A stretch of DNA of 53,934 nt, from positions 1-53,934 of the forward strand of contig CALMQK010000363.1 in the NCBI GenBank assembly GCA_937872085.1, in the 5' to 3' direction. This DNA is from an uncultured euryarchaeote (GTDB lineage: Archaea; Thermoplasmatota; Thermoplasmata; UBA10834). The notes under the pieces were generated by a model. The model was not told where the DNA came from, searched no databases, and was given only the letters and a program-made list of their open reading frames with translations. Position 1 is the first letter of the stretch, and the number at the start of each line of letters is the position of its first letter. The position numbers and the translations under genes were made by a program. Of the stretch, positions 18,044 through 27,110 are shown one piece after another.

Positions 18044-18760
18044 ATGCAACCAGGACAAATGGCATACGACAGGGCGATAACAGTGTTCTCGCCCGACGGA
18101 AGGCTCTTCCAAGTCGAGTACGCCCGTGAAGCCGTCAAGAGGGGCACGACGACGGTCGGCCTGAAGTTCAAGGACGGGGTCGCACTCATCGTGGACAAGA
18201 GGATAGCTAGCAAGCTCATCGAATCGAAATCTATCGAGAAGATCTTCCAGATCGACGAGCACATCGGATGCGCGACTTCCGGACTCGTCGCCGATGCCCG
18301 TGTCCTGGTGGACTACGCCAGGATGCTCGCGCAGGTCAACAAGGTGACCTACGCGGAGAAGATGGACATCGAGACTCTTGTGAAGAGGCTGTGCGACTTC
18401 AAGCAGAATTACACTCAGTACGGTGGGGTCAGACCATTCGGGACGGCATTGCTCGTCGCGGGTGTGGATGAGCAAGGAAACCACCTATTCGAGACCGACC
18501 CGAGCGGGGCTCTCGTGGCCTACAAGGCGGGGTCGATCGGTGCCGGCAAGAACGCGATCATGGACGTCTTCGAGGAGGAGTACAAGGAAGACATGAGCAT
18601 GGACGAGGCGATCTTGCTGGGCCTGAAGGCACTCCGGAAGGCGACCGAGGAGACACTCAACACGAAGGCCGTGGAGATAGGTGTCGTCAAGGTAGGAGAG
18701 CGGTTCAGGAGACTGACGGAGGCCGAGGTTGAGGCCTACGTCAAGAAGCTGGCCGCTTGA
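18044..18760 (+). CDS. psmA: Proteasome subunit alpha
   Basis: [34 protein letters not shown] is the canonical alpha-subunit N-terminus. Confidence 0.95.
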   Translation: MQPGQMAYDRAITVFSPDGRLFQVEYAREAVKRGTTTVGLKFKDGVALIVDKRIASKLIESKSIEKIFQIDEHIGCATSGLVADARVLVDYARMLAQVNKVTYAEKMDIETLVKRLCDFKQNYTQYGGVRPFGTALLVAGVDEQGNHLFETDPSGALVAYKAGSIGAGKNAIMDVFEEEYKEDMSMDEAILLGLKALRKATEETLNTKAVEIGVVKVGERFRRLTEAEVEAYVKKLAA

Positions 18761-18770
18761 GCTTGATCAT

Positions 18771-19469
18771 ATGGTGGACATCGAGGACGCAATAGTCGCG
18801 CGATATGAGTCTCATGGAGAGAGCTTCGAGATACTCATAGACCCAGCCGCCGTCCAGAAGATGAAGGACGGGAAAGAGGTCGACCTCCTCGACCACTTGG
18901 TCATAGACACGATTTTCAAGAACGCCAAGAAGGGGACGCGAGCATCCGAGGAGAAGGTCAAGGAGATCTTCGGCACGATAGACTCGATGCAGGTCGCGAA
19001 GGTCATAGTCCTCAAAGGCGAGGTCCATCTGACGACGGAACAGCGGAAGGTCATGCTGGACAGCAAGAAGAAGAGGATCGTGGAGTACATCGCCAGGAAC
19101 GCGATGAACCCGCAGACAGGAGGTCCTCATCCGATCACCAGGATCGAGATAGCGATGGAGGAGGCTAAGGTCCATATCGATCCGTTCAAGAGCGTCGAGG
19201 CCCAGGTCCCGATGGTCATGGACGCTCTAAGACCGCTCATCCCCATCAAGTTCGACAAGGTGAGGATCGCCGTGAAAGTGACCGGAGAGGACTACGGCAG
19301 ATGCTACGAGGACTTCAAGCATTTCGGCAAGATCACGAAAGAGGAATGGCAGAAGGATGGCTCGTGGATCGGCGTCGTCGAGATGCCCGCGGGGCTACAG
19401 ACCGAGTTCCTCGAGAAAATCAGCAACAAGACCCACGGTGAGGCCGAGAGCAAGATTGTCAAGGGCTGA
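18771..19469 (+). CDS. SBDS-family ribosome maturation protein
   Basis: VARYESHGESFEILIDP...VIDTIFKNAKKG matches SBDS/Sdo1. Conserved position between psmA and rrp4. Confidence 0.9.
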   Translation: MVDIEDAIVARYESHGESFEILIDPAAVQKMKDGKEVDLLDHLVIDTIFKNAKKGTRASEEKVKEIFGTIDSMQVAKVIVLKGEVHLTTEQRKVMLDSKKKRIVEYIARNAMNPQTGGPHPITRIEIAMEEAKVHIDPFKSVEAQVPMVMDALRPLIPIKFDKVRIAVKVTGEDYGRCYEDFKHFGKITKEEWQKDGSWIGVVEMPAGLQTEFLEKISNKTHGEAESKIVKG

Positions 19470-19641
19470 TCCCTGGTCTGGCTTGTGGAAGGAGGCGTCT
19501 ACCCAGCCGAACCCCTCCGACCAAAAGATTTAAGGGATGAACACGTTTTCGGCTCTGAAGAGAGATAAGGGTAAATGCACTGCGGGCCACGAAGCGAATC
19601 TTTGTGATTTTAGCCTCGTTCCCAGCGTGTTTATCGAAAAC

Positions 19642-20349
19642 ATGCGAGTGAGACAAATGGGCAGTAATGATTCTAAAGAGGCAGCGAGAGAGATAGTCGT
19701 CCCGGGAGAGCTCCTTGCGATATCGAGCAAGAGGGCAGGGCCGGGGACCTTCTCGGAAGGCGGCAAGATATACGCCGCCCATTTGGGCATCAAGAGCGTC
19801 AGGCCGGACTCGATAAGCGTCGTACCCCTGTCGGGGCAATACATGCCGATGAGAGGAGACCTGGTAGTCGGCAAGATCATCGGAGTCGGGTCGTCCAACT
19901 GGCTGGTCGACATCAACTCGCCGTACCCGTCACCGCTTCATGTCAACGAGGTCCCGTGGAGGGTCGAGTTCGGAGAGACCCGCAAGTTCATGTCGGTCGG
20001 CGATATCGTCCTTCTCAAGATAGTCGGGGTTGACGAGATCAAGAGGATATCCGTGTCGATGCAGGACCACGGGCTCAGGAAGCTCACCGGAGGAATGGTC
20101 GTCGAACTGTCGCCCTCAAAGGTCCCGCGAGTCATAGGCAAGAACGGCTCGATGATACAGACAATGAAGACAATGACAGGTTGCAGGATCTACGTCGGCC
20201 AGAACGGAAGGATATGGATCGACGGGGAACTGGACAACATGGTACTCGCAGTCAAGGCAATCAAAATGATAGAAGACGAGGCGCACAACCTCGGACTCAC
20301 AGAGAAGGTCAAGAGATTCCTTGAGGAGAATCAGGTAAAGGGAGCGTGA
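19642..20349 (+). CDS. rrp4: Exosome complex RNA-binding protein Rrp4 (S1 + KH)
   Basis: [12 protein letters not shown]-terminus and a KH-domain [11 protein letters not shown] at 19657 is also possible. The ORF-track start 19537 lies in AT-richer, non-coding-looking sequence. Confidence 0.88.
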   Translation: MRVRQMGSNDSKEAAREIVVPGELLAISSKRAGPGTFSEGGKIYAAHLGIKSVRPDSISVVPLSGQYMPMRGDLVVGKIIGVGSSNWLVDINSPYPSPLHVNEVPWRVEFGETRKFMSVGDIVLLKIVGVDEIKRISVSMQDHGLRKLTGGMVVELSPSKVPRVIGKNGSMIQTMKTMTGCRIYVGQNGRIWIDGELDNMVLAVKAIKMIEDEAHNLGLTEKVKRFLEENQVKGA

Positions 20350-20353
20350 AGAA

Positions 20354-21103
20354 ATGGGTGGAGCACCTACAGATCTCAAACTGATAGACGAGAGAGGCCT
20401 CCGACTGGATGGCCGCAGGCCCGACGAGATGAGGCCGCTGAAGATCGAAGCTGGAGTATTGAACAAGGCTGACGGTTCCGCGTTCGTGGAATGGGGAATG
20501 AACAAGGTCATGGCCGCCGTCTACGGGCCGAGGGAGTGCCACCCCAGGCATCTCCAGAACACCGAGCGAGCGCTGGTCCAGTGCCATTACAACATGGCTT
20601 CGTTCTCGGTGGAGGACAGGAAGAGGCCCGGCCCCGACCGAAGGTCGCACGAGATATCGAAGATCCTCTCCGAGGCCCTGACGCACGTCGTTTTCACCGA
20701 GTACTTCCCGAGGACCTCGATTGATGTCTACATCGAAGTGCTCCAGGCGAACGCCGGTACGAGATGCGCAGGCCTGACCGCCGCATCGGTGGCGCTTGCG
20801 GATGCAGGGGTCCCGATGAGGGACCTTGTGGCCTCGGTCGCCGCTGGCAAGGTCGCGAACACGATTGTGCTCGACCTAGGCAAGGAAGAGGACAACTTCG
20901 GGCAGGCGGACATACCTGTCGGGTACGTCCCGAGGACCGACGAGGTCGTCCTGCTCCAGATGGATGGCGATCTCACGAGGGAAGAATTCGACAAGGGCCT
21001 TCACATGGCCGTGGGTGCTTGCAAGAAGGTTTACGAGGTTCAGAGGGACGCTCTGAAGAGAAGGTACTCTGCCAGAGCCGAGGGCCAAGAGGAGGGTGCT
21101 TGA
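20354..21103 (+). CDS. rrp41: Exosome complex exonuclease Rrp41 (RNase PH-like)
   Basis: [30 protein letters not shown], typical of RNase PH domain 1. Confidence 0.93.
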   Translation: MGGAPTDLKLIDERGLRLDGRRPDEMRPLKIEAGVLNKADGSAFVEWGMNKVMAAVYGPRECHPRHLQNTERALVQCHYNMASFSVEDRKRPGPDRRSHEISKILSEALTHVVFTEYFPRTSIDVYIEVLQANAGTRCAGLTAASVALADAGVPMRDLVASVAAGKVANTIVLDLGKEEDNFGQADIPVGYVPRTDEVVLLQMDGDLTREEFDKGLHMAVGACKKVYEVQRDALKRRYSARAEGQEEGA

Positions 21104-21104
21104 G

Positions 21105-21875
21105 ATGTCGAAGGACGTCGTAGCGGATCTCAAGAGGGACTACATCACCCGACTGCTGGCGAAGGGCATGAGGTCGGACGGGAGACAGTTCGACGAGATG
21201 CGATCGCTGAAGGTCGAGACGAACTACATCGGCTCCGCCCAGGGCTCGGCGCTCGTGCATCTTGGAGACACCACGGTAGTGGTGGGCGTGAAACTGATAC
21301 TCGGAGCGCCTTTCCCGGACACCCCTAACACGGGCGTTCTCACAACCAATGCGGAACTCATCCCGATGGCCAGCGAGACGTTCGAGAGCGGCCCGCCGGA
21401 CCAGACATCGATCGAGGTCGCCAGGGTCGTCGACAGAGGGATCAGAGAGGGCCATGCGGTGGATCTCGAGAAGCTCTGCCTGGAGCCTGGCAAGCAGGTC
21501 TGGATAATGTTCGTCGATGTGCATGTGCTGGACTACGATGGGAACCTGTTCGATGCGGCTAGCATCGGGGCGAACGCGGCGTTCAAGACCGCGATGGTAC
21601 CCAACAAGGCGGCTGGATTGGGCGAGGACGTCCCGTTGCCGGTGAAGCACCAACCGATATCCATAACCGTTGTCAAGATCGACGGAAAGCTCCTGGTGGA
21701 TCCGACGCACGACGAGGAGCGGGTCGCGGATGCGAGGTTGACCGTCGCGACGATAGAGACGGGGAACCTGTGCGCGATGCAGAAAGGATTGGATGGCGCA
21801 TTCACGCTCGACGAAGTGTTGAAGGTAGTAGAAACATCATCGAGGATCGGAGCGGAGATCCGCTCCAAGCTGTGA
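21105..21875 (+). CDS. rrp42: Exosome complex protein Rrp42
   Basis: RSDGRQFDEMRSLKVETNYIGSAQGSALVHLG. The ATG sits 2 nt after the rrp41 stop. Confidence 0.92.
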   Translation: MSKDVVADLKRDYITRLLAKGMRSDGRQFDEMRSLKVETNYIGSAQGSALVHLGDTTVVVGVKLILGAPFPDTPNTGVLTTNAELIPMASETFESGPPDQTSIEVARVVDRGIREGHAVDLEKLCLEPGKQVWIMFVDVHVLDYDGNLFDAASIGANAAFKTAMVPNKAAGLGEDVPLPVKHQPISITVVKIDGKLLVDPTHDEERVADARLTVATIETGNLCAMQKGLDGAFTLDEVLKVVETSSRIGAEIRSKL

Positions 21876-21885
21876 GGGGACCAAG

Positions 21886-22326
21886 ATGTCCAAGAGGACG
21901 AAGAAGGTCGGCTCTTCAGGAAGACTGGGAGTTAGGTACGGCGTCACGGTCAGGAAACGGATCGCAGACATCGAGGCCGTGGCAAAGGGGAGGCACGAGT
22001 GCCCGAAATGCAAAGCGGTCGCGATGTCGAGGAAAGCGAACGGCATCTGGTTCTGCAACCATTGCGGGGCGATCACAGCGAGCGGCTCCTACATGCCAAC
22101 GAAGCCTGTGGCAGTGAGGCGAGAGGTCGCCGTGGTCCTAGCGGAGGCAGAAGCCAAGGAAGCGGCAAAGAAGGAAGAGCCGAAGAAGAAAGAGGCTGAG
22201 CCCGAGGTCGAACAAGAGGAGATAAAGCGGGAGCCCGAGCCCGAAGAGCTCCTGTCCGAGGAGCCGAAGAAGAAGCCCGAAGAGCTCAAGCCCGAGAAGC
22301 CGAAGAAGCGGAAGAAGAAGGAGTAA
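21886..22326 (+). CDS. rpl37ae: 50S ribosomal protein L37Ae with a ~60-aa K/E/P-rich C-terminal tail
   Basis: RYGVTVRKR..CPKC....CNHCG zinc ribbon core; the tail reads EAKEAAKKEEPKKKEAEPEVEQEE...KPKKRKKKE. Confidence 0.92.
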   Translation: MSKRTKKVGSSGRLGVRYGVTVRKRIADIEAVAKGRHECPKCKAVAMSRKANGIWFCNHCGAITASGSYMPTKPVAVRREVAVVLAEAEAKEAAKKEEPKKKEAEPEVEQEEIKREPEPEELLSEEPKKKPEELKPEKPKKRKKKE

Positions 22327-22332
22327 GTTCCC

Positions 22333-22467
22333 ATGTACAAGTGCGCGAAGTGCAAGGAGCCCGTGAGGACCAACGTGAACACTGTCGGCCTTCAATGCGA
22401 GAAGTGTGGCTCGAAGGTGTTCTACAAGGAAAGGCCGAACGTGCGCAAGTCGGTCAAGGGAAGATGA
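22333..22467 (+). CDS. rpoP: DNA-directed RNA polymerase subunit P (Rpo12); 44 aa, absent from the ORF track
   Basis: My translation is MYKCAKCKEPVRTNVNTVGLQCEKCGSKVFYKERPNVRKSVKGR. It has a CxxC...CxxC zinc ribbon and the canonical position after rpl37ae. Confidence 0.85.
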   Translation: MYKCAKCKEPVRTNVNTVGLQCEKCGSKVFYKERPNVRKSVKGR

Positions 22468-22709
22468 ACTTGACGTGCAGGGCCGAGCTCACCATCGAAA
22501 CCGACTACGCCTCCGTCGTCGCAGGGGCGCTCTCGCCGGAGTTGGCCGAGAAGATCCCGAGGACGAGGATATCGGTCGCACCGGGGGACAGGAAGGTCTT
22601 GGTGAACATTGAGGCGGAAGATCAGACGGCACTGAGGGCGGCCCTCAACTCATATATCAGATGGACGAATGTAGCTGAAGAAACGGCAAAGGAGGCTAGA
22701 AGAGCATGA
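22464..22709 (+). CDS. pcc1: KEOPS subunit Pcc1-like protein
   Basis: MNLTCRAELTIETDYASVVAGALSPE...LRAALNSYIRWTNV resembles Pcc1/CTAG family members of the exosome superoperon. The ATG overlaps the rpoP stop (ATGA). Confidence 0.7.
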   Translation: MNLTCRAELTIETDYASVVAGALSPELAEKIPRTRISVAPGDRKVLVNIEAEDQTALRAALNSYIRWTNVAEETAKEARRA

Positions 22710-23095
22710 TGGACAGCATACCACCGAAGGTCCAGAATCAGATAGCACAGTTCCAGCAGCTGACCCAACAGATCCAGATGGTCACGAGCCAGAAGATCCA
22801 GCTCGAGGCCCAGGTGAGGGAACTGGACAAGACCATCCAGGAGCTCGAGAAGACCCCGTCGGAATCCGTCGTCTACAAGAACGTCGGGTCGCTCCTGATA
22901 CAGGTGAAGGACAAGCCGAGTCTCCTGACGGAGCTCAAGGACCAGAAGGAGACCACGGACGTCCGGGTGAAGACCCTCGAGAGGCAGGACAAGCATCTCC
23001 GCGAGAGACACTCGAGCCTGCAGGGGCAGATCACGCAGGCGCTCCAGGGGCCCGGCGCGGCGGCTCCTCCGAAACCCGACTCCGGTGGGGAATAG
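22706..23095 (+). CDS. pfdB: Prefoldin subunit beta
   Basis: Two coiled-coil arms flanking VYKNVGSLLIQV. Typical terminal gene of the superoperon. Confidence 0.9.
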   Translation: MMDSIPPKVQNQIAQFQQLTQQIQMVTSQKIQLEAQVRELDKTIQELEKTPSESVVYKNVGSLLIQVKDKPSLLTELKDQKETTDVRVKTLERQDKHLRERHSSLQGQITQALQGPGAAAPPKPDSGGE

Positions 23096-23139
23096 GCCCG
23101 CCGGGATTCAGACTTCTTCGGACATCTGGAAAGCACTTG

Positions 23140-23147
23140 TTTTATAG
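23140..23147 (+). promoter_or_regulatory. TATA-like box upstream of the DHH gene (near-leaderless geometry)
   Basis: ttttatag 24-31 nt upstream of the GTG at 23171. Confidence 0.4.
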
Positions 23148-23170
23148 TCAATTAGTTCTGACCTCTAGCC

Positions 23171-24115
23171 GTGCTCCTGGACATAGCGGCCGAACTGGCC
23201 AAAGGCGGCGGGACGCTCGTCTTAGTCCACGGGAACGCCGACCCTGATGCGCTGGCGAGCGCACATGCGGTCCAAAAGTCGTTCCCCGACGTGTTCATCG
23301 GCACTCCGGGAGGGCTCGACAGGGTCTCGAAGCTGCTTGCGAAGAACCTCGGCATCGAGACTTTCGAGGACGTCGCGAAGGTCCACGCCGCACGTATCTT
23401 GATCCTCGATACGTCCGGGCCGGAGCAGCTCAATGGAGAATTCGATCTCACGAATGCGATCGTGATCGACCATCACACGAGGAACACGAAGTGGGATGGC
23501 GCGCGGATGTACCACTCCGACGAGTCGAAGGCGTCCTGCTCGGAGATAGTCTACGAACTCCTCAAAGCGGCCGGGAAGTCACCTCCCAGAGAGGTATCCC
23601 TTGCACTCATGTTCGGCATCCTGACAGACACTGGCTACTTCAAGTTCGCCAGACCGAACACGCTCATCACTTTCTCGGAGCTCATGGCGCTCCACGACAT
23701 CCACATGGACGAGGCGATGAACCTCGCGGAGACCGAGACGGACATCTCCGAGAGGATCTCGCAGCTCAAGGGCGCGCAGAGACTGAAGTACTGGAAGGTC
23801 GGGGAGTTCATAGTGGCGGCTTCCCAAGGCAGCGCCTTCGAGGCCTCCGTGTGCAAGGCCCTGCTATCGCTCGGGGCTGACATAGCGTTCGTTGGCTCGC
23901 AGAGAGGCGACGATTTCAGGGTCAGCGCGCGAGCGACCCAGACCATGGTCAGGAAGGGGATCCACCTGGGCAAGCTGCTTGGAGGTATAGGGGAAGAGAC
24001 CACCAATGGCGGTGGTGGACATCCCGGCGCCGCAGGCTTGACCGGGGTCGGGGACGTCGAGGCCATACTCAACATCGCGGCAGAGAGCGCGATGAAGCTT
24101 CTCAAGAACATGTGA
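23171..24115 (+). CDS. DHH/DHHA1-family phosphoesterase (NrnA-like)
   Basis: Motifs HGNADPDALAS, ILDTSG, VIDHH, GILTDTGYFKF, GGGHPGAAG. Confidence 0.88.
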   Translation: MLLDIAAELAKGGGTLVLVHGNADPDALASAHAVQKSFPDVFIGTPGGLDRVSKLLAKNLGIETFEDVAKVHAARILILDTSGPEQLNGEFDLTNAIVIDHHTRNTKWDGARMYHSDESKASCSEIVYELLKAAGKSPPREVSLALMFGILTDTGYFKFARPNTLITFSELMALHDIHMDEAMNLAETETDISERISQLKGAQRLKYWKVGEFIVAASQGSAFEASVCKALLSLGADIAFVGSQRGDDFRVSARATQTMVRKGIHLGKLLGGIGEETTNGGGGHPGAAGLTGVGDVEAILNIAAESAMKLLKNM

Positions 24116-25159
24116 TCATCTGGTCACTGAGAGCGCCTTGACCTTGTCGAGGTTCTTCGGGTTCCTCTCGAAGTGCTCTCGGACGGGTTTCAAGATCGTG
24201 GCTAGGCATTCCGAGGCACCTTTCTTGAGGTCCTGAGGATGGAGCTTCCCGGCGGTGTAGGTCTCCTGCAGCTCATTGAAACTGCGGAAGTCGATCGGAC
24301 CACCGTACTTCTCCGGCCTGTCGATGTGGACGGAACCGAGCATCGGGAACACTATCAAACGCATTATGTCGATTACCGGATTTCCTTCAACCTCTGCAGG
24401 ACAGAATGCGTTCTTGACCTTCTTTGCGATTTCCTCGGGAGTGTCATGCATGAAGACTGCGCTACCGGGTGCGCTCTTGGACATCTTCGCGTCGACCGGG
24501 TCCATCCGTGCCCCGCCCTGCAAGCTCATCAGCAATGGTGTGTGCAGTGCGATCGGCTTCTTCCAACCGAGCTTCTCGGCGGCGTCCCTCGCGAGCATGT
24601 GCGCACGCCGCTGGTCCATTCCTGCGAGCGCGATGTCGACTCCAAGCTCAAAGATGTCTGCAGCTTGCATCGGCGGGTACATGACCTTGGACGCGTCGAT
24701 CTCGGCTTCGTCCTCCGTCCTCCCCATGATCGTCATCGCCCGCTTGATCCTCTGGAGTGAGCTGGCCTTGGCTATCCTGATGAACTTCTCCCAATAGCTT
24801 GCATGGCTGATCAGGTCGCTCGCCCAAACGAACTTGACTGAATCCTTCACGCCCGCCGCCAGGAAGCACTCCTTGAGGTACTCCCCGCAAGCCCTGATGT
24901 TCTCTAGCTTCCCTCCGAGCTTGTCGTTGATGAGGGCGTGCCAGTCTGCCAGGAATATCGTGACCTCGATACCTGCGTCCTGCAAGTCGATGATCTTGGC
25001 AGCGGTTATCAGTTGACCGGCATGAACGAACCCGCTCGGCTCGTAGCCGATGTACGCAGTCGGTTTGGGATTGCTCTCGAGGAGACTCTTCAACTCCTCG
25101 GAAGTGACGATCTCAAGCGAGTTCCTGGCGATGAGTTCGAGCTTCTTGCCGGTGTCCAT
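24116..25159 (-). CDS. tyrS: Tyrosine--tRNA ligase
   Basis: AYIGYEPSGFVHAGQ (HIGH-type region) and KMSKS. Archaeal TyrRS-like N-terminus MDTGKKLELIARN; the upstream part of the ORF is discarded. Confidence 0.9.
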   Translation of the reverse strand: MDTGKKLELIARNSLEIVTSEELKSLLESNPKPTAYIGYEPSGFVHAGQLITAAKIIDLQDAGIEVTIFLADWHALINDKLGGKLENIRACGEYLKECFLAAGVKDSVKFVWASDLISHASYWEKFIRIAKASSLQRIKRAMTIMGRTEDEAEIDASKVMYPPMQAADIFELGVDIALAGMDQRRAHMLARDAAEKLGWKKPIALHTPLLMSLQGGARMDPVDAKMSKSAPGSAVFMHDTPEEIAKKVKNAFCPAEVEGNPVIDIMRLIVFPMLGSVHIDRPEKYGGPIDFRSFNELQETYTAGKLHPQDLKKGASECLATILKPVREHFERNPKNLDKVKALSVTR

Positions 25160-25311
25160 CGATGTCTCCGGCACCATAAATGGATGCACACAAAAAAGCT
25201 TTGGGAAGGAGTTCGCGTGGAAAGCGTTAAAAACCACAGGCGCATTAGCATCGTCTCGCTCGAATCGAGGGGGAGTCGTCCATGTCAGTATCCGCACTGC
25301 GCAACGGCAAG

Positions 25312-25476
25312 ATGATTATCAAGGTCTCCGACGTCAAGGACTGTGTCGGAGAAGGCTGCAGGATCTCAGAGGAGTTCTACTACGAACTCGACAGAGAGGT
25401 CCGCGAGATGATAGAGATGGCCGCGAGGAGAGCAAAGAAGAACGGAAGGCGCACACTGAAGCCTTACGATCTGTGA
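25312..25476 (+). CDS. DUF1931-type histone-fold-like small protein
   Basis: MIIKVSDVKD....ISEEFYYELDREVREMIEMAARRAKKNGRRTLKPYDL follows the DUF1931 pattern. Confidence 0.65.
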   Translation: MIIKVSDVKDCVGEGCRISEEFYYELDREVREMIEMAARRAKKNGRRTLKPYDL

Positions 25477-25501
25477 GCCATCTTGAATCCGTTCATGCAC
25501 G

Positions 25502-26542
25502 ATGATGCTTTTGGAAAGACCGCACATGTCAGAGAGAAGATCTAAAGGCGCCCGCAGGTCAGATGCGACTTCTCCAGTGGCTGCGTGGAAGGAGAAGGAG
25601 TACCTCAACGGGAAGACGGTGGATGCAGGCGTCGTAATTCTTCGCACGTCGGGGTGCAGCCATTTCCATCGGGACGGCTGCTCGATGTGCGGCTACAACG
25701 TCGAATCGAGCTGCGACGTCAAGCCTGAGGACGTGACGAAACAGTTCGCCACTGGAGTCCAGAAGCTAGGTCAAGTCGATTTCCTGAAGGTCTACACGTC
25801 TGGATCGTTCCTTGATGAGTCAGAAGTAGGAAAGGAGCAGAGGGAGACCATCCTGAAGCATTGCGAGGATGGAGGCACCAGGCTCCTGTTCGAGTCGCGC
25901 CCAGAGTACGTGACAGATGAGACTCTTGGAAGTGTCGTGAGCATTCACGATGACATCGAGATTGCTCTGGGCCTTGAGAGCTCCAACGACAACGTTCTCA
26001 GATACTCCATCAACAAGGGATTCACTTTCAAGGACTACGAGCGGGCGGCTGCAACGGCGCACTCGCACGGGGCCGATGTCAGAACCTATGTCCTCCTCAA
26101 ACCTCCATTCCTATCAGAGTCGGAAGCGATCGCGGACTCGATAACCACGATGCGCGCGGCGGCAAAGATGAGCGAGACCCTTTCCCTCAACCCGGTGAAC
26201 GTGCAGAAGGGGACCCTGGTCGAGAAGCTGTGGAAGGGTTGGGCTTACAGATCGCCCTGGCTCTGGAGCGTCCTCGAGGTCATCAAGGCCAGCGAGGGAT
26301 TGTCCGGAAAGATCGTATGCGATCCTACGGGCGGGGGAAAGGAAAGAGGCGCACACAACTGTGGCAAGTGCGATGACGTGATCATCGATTCCCTGAAGTC
26401 GTATTCAATCACCCAAGATGCGAGCAGGCTCGGATGGCCGGAGTGCGGTTGCTCGGAGATCTGGAGGAGCGTTCTTGAGCTCGAAGACTACGTGATGGGG
26501 AGCTGCGACCTCCAAAGGTTTTTCAGGAAGCAGAGAGCATAA
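25502..26542 (+). CDS. Radical SAM protein of the TIGR01210/RaSEA type (archaeosine biosynthesis partner of ArcS)
   Basis: ILRTSGCSHFHRDGCSMCGY cluster, LKVYTSGSFLD, ALGLESSND; ~345 aa. Confidence 0.7.
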   Translation: MMLLERPHMSERRSKGARRSDATSPVAAWKEKEYLNGKTVDAGVVILRTSGCSHFHRDGCSMCGYNVESSCDVKPEDVTKQFATGVQKLGQVDFLKVYTSGSFLDESEVGKEQRETILKHCEDGGTRLLFESRPEYVTDETLGSVVSIHDDIEIALGLESSNDNVLRYSINKGFTFKDYERAAATAHSHGADVRTYVLLKPPFLSESEAIADSITTMRAAAKMSETLSLNPVNVQKGTLVEKLWKGWAYRSPWLWSVLEVIKASEGLSGKIVCDPTGGGKERGAHNCGKCDDVIIDSLKSYSITQDASRLGWPECGCSEIWRSVLELEDYVMGSCDLQRFFRKQRA

Positions 26543-26560
26543 CCGACCTGGGGATGTGCG

Positions 26561-26881
26561 ATGCAGGAATATGAGGTCAGAAGGGGTCAGGCGGAGAACG
26601 TTGCACCCGACAAGCTGAAGGCCGCGATGCAGGACATCTTCGGGAATGTCGAGGAGAAGGACGGGAGACTGGTCACGAACTTCGGGGCGCTGAAGCCGCT
26701 GGCTGCGTGGGCCTGCAAGAAGAACCTGTGCATAGACACGAAGATGGATCCCACGGTCCCGGACGATGTCGCGGGAAGCACGATCAAGGCGTTCAACACG
26801 TTTCTGGAGAGGGTGACTGGATACACGGCCAAGGAGCGAGGGAAGCGCGCCCAGAAAAAAGTGAAAGCGGGCAAGCTCTGA
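26561..26881 (+). CDS. Conserved small hypothetical protein with a lysine-rich tail (possibly DUF5611-type)
   Basis: 106-aa ORF with coding-like composition, tightly packed after the radical SAM gene. No motif I can name with certainty. Confidence 0.5.
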   Translation: MQEYEVRRGQAENVAPDKLKAAMQDIFGNVEEKDGRLVTNFGALKPLAAWACKKNLCIDTKMDPTVPDDVAGSTIKAFNTFLERVTGYTAKERGKRAQKKVKAGKL

Positions 26882-26889
26882 GCGGTCAC

Positions 26890-26898
26890 TTTTATATA
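26890..26898 (+). promoter_or_regulatory. Strong TATA box heading the ribosomal protein operon
   Basis: cacttttatatactatt, about 215 nt upstream of the rpl3 ATG. Confidence 0.5.
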
Positions 26899-26919
26899 CT
26901 ATTAGCTCATTCAGCGCGT

Positions 26920-27110
26920 TGCGATACCTGAGGCGGTATCGGCCAGACGCCATATGGGCAATGCCTAAAGAGCAACCCAACACTCGCGCTGAAAGATGTT
27001 TTCAGGCGCGAACGAGGCGTCACGGCCGAGGACAAAGGCCTCTCGGACGCTGTGCTCGAAACACTCGAGGACTTACAGCTAGGTCTATCGATTCGAGACG
27101 AGGGATAGCT
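26920..27110 (+). promoter_or_regulatory. Long structured 5' leader of the rpl3 operon (candidate regulatory RNA element)
   Basis: Hairpins cgatacc/ggtatcg (26922-26941), cgcgctgaaa/tttcaggcgcg (26985-27010), ccgagg../cctctcgg and ctcga/tcgag. No ORF. Confidence 0.35.

Noticed and set aside
19470-19641. Possible C/D-box sRNA in the SBDS-rrp4 spacer (ggatgaa ... ctga).
   Set aside because: The C box is imperfect (GGAUGAA, not RUGAUGA). No convincing C'/D' and terminal D box occur at the right spacing, and there is no terminal stem. It is more likely an internal promoter or leader for rrp4.
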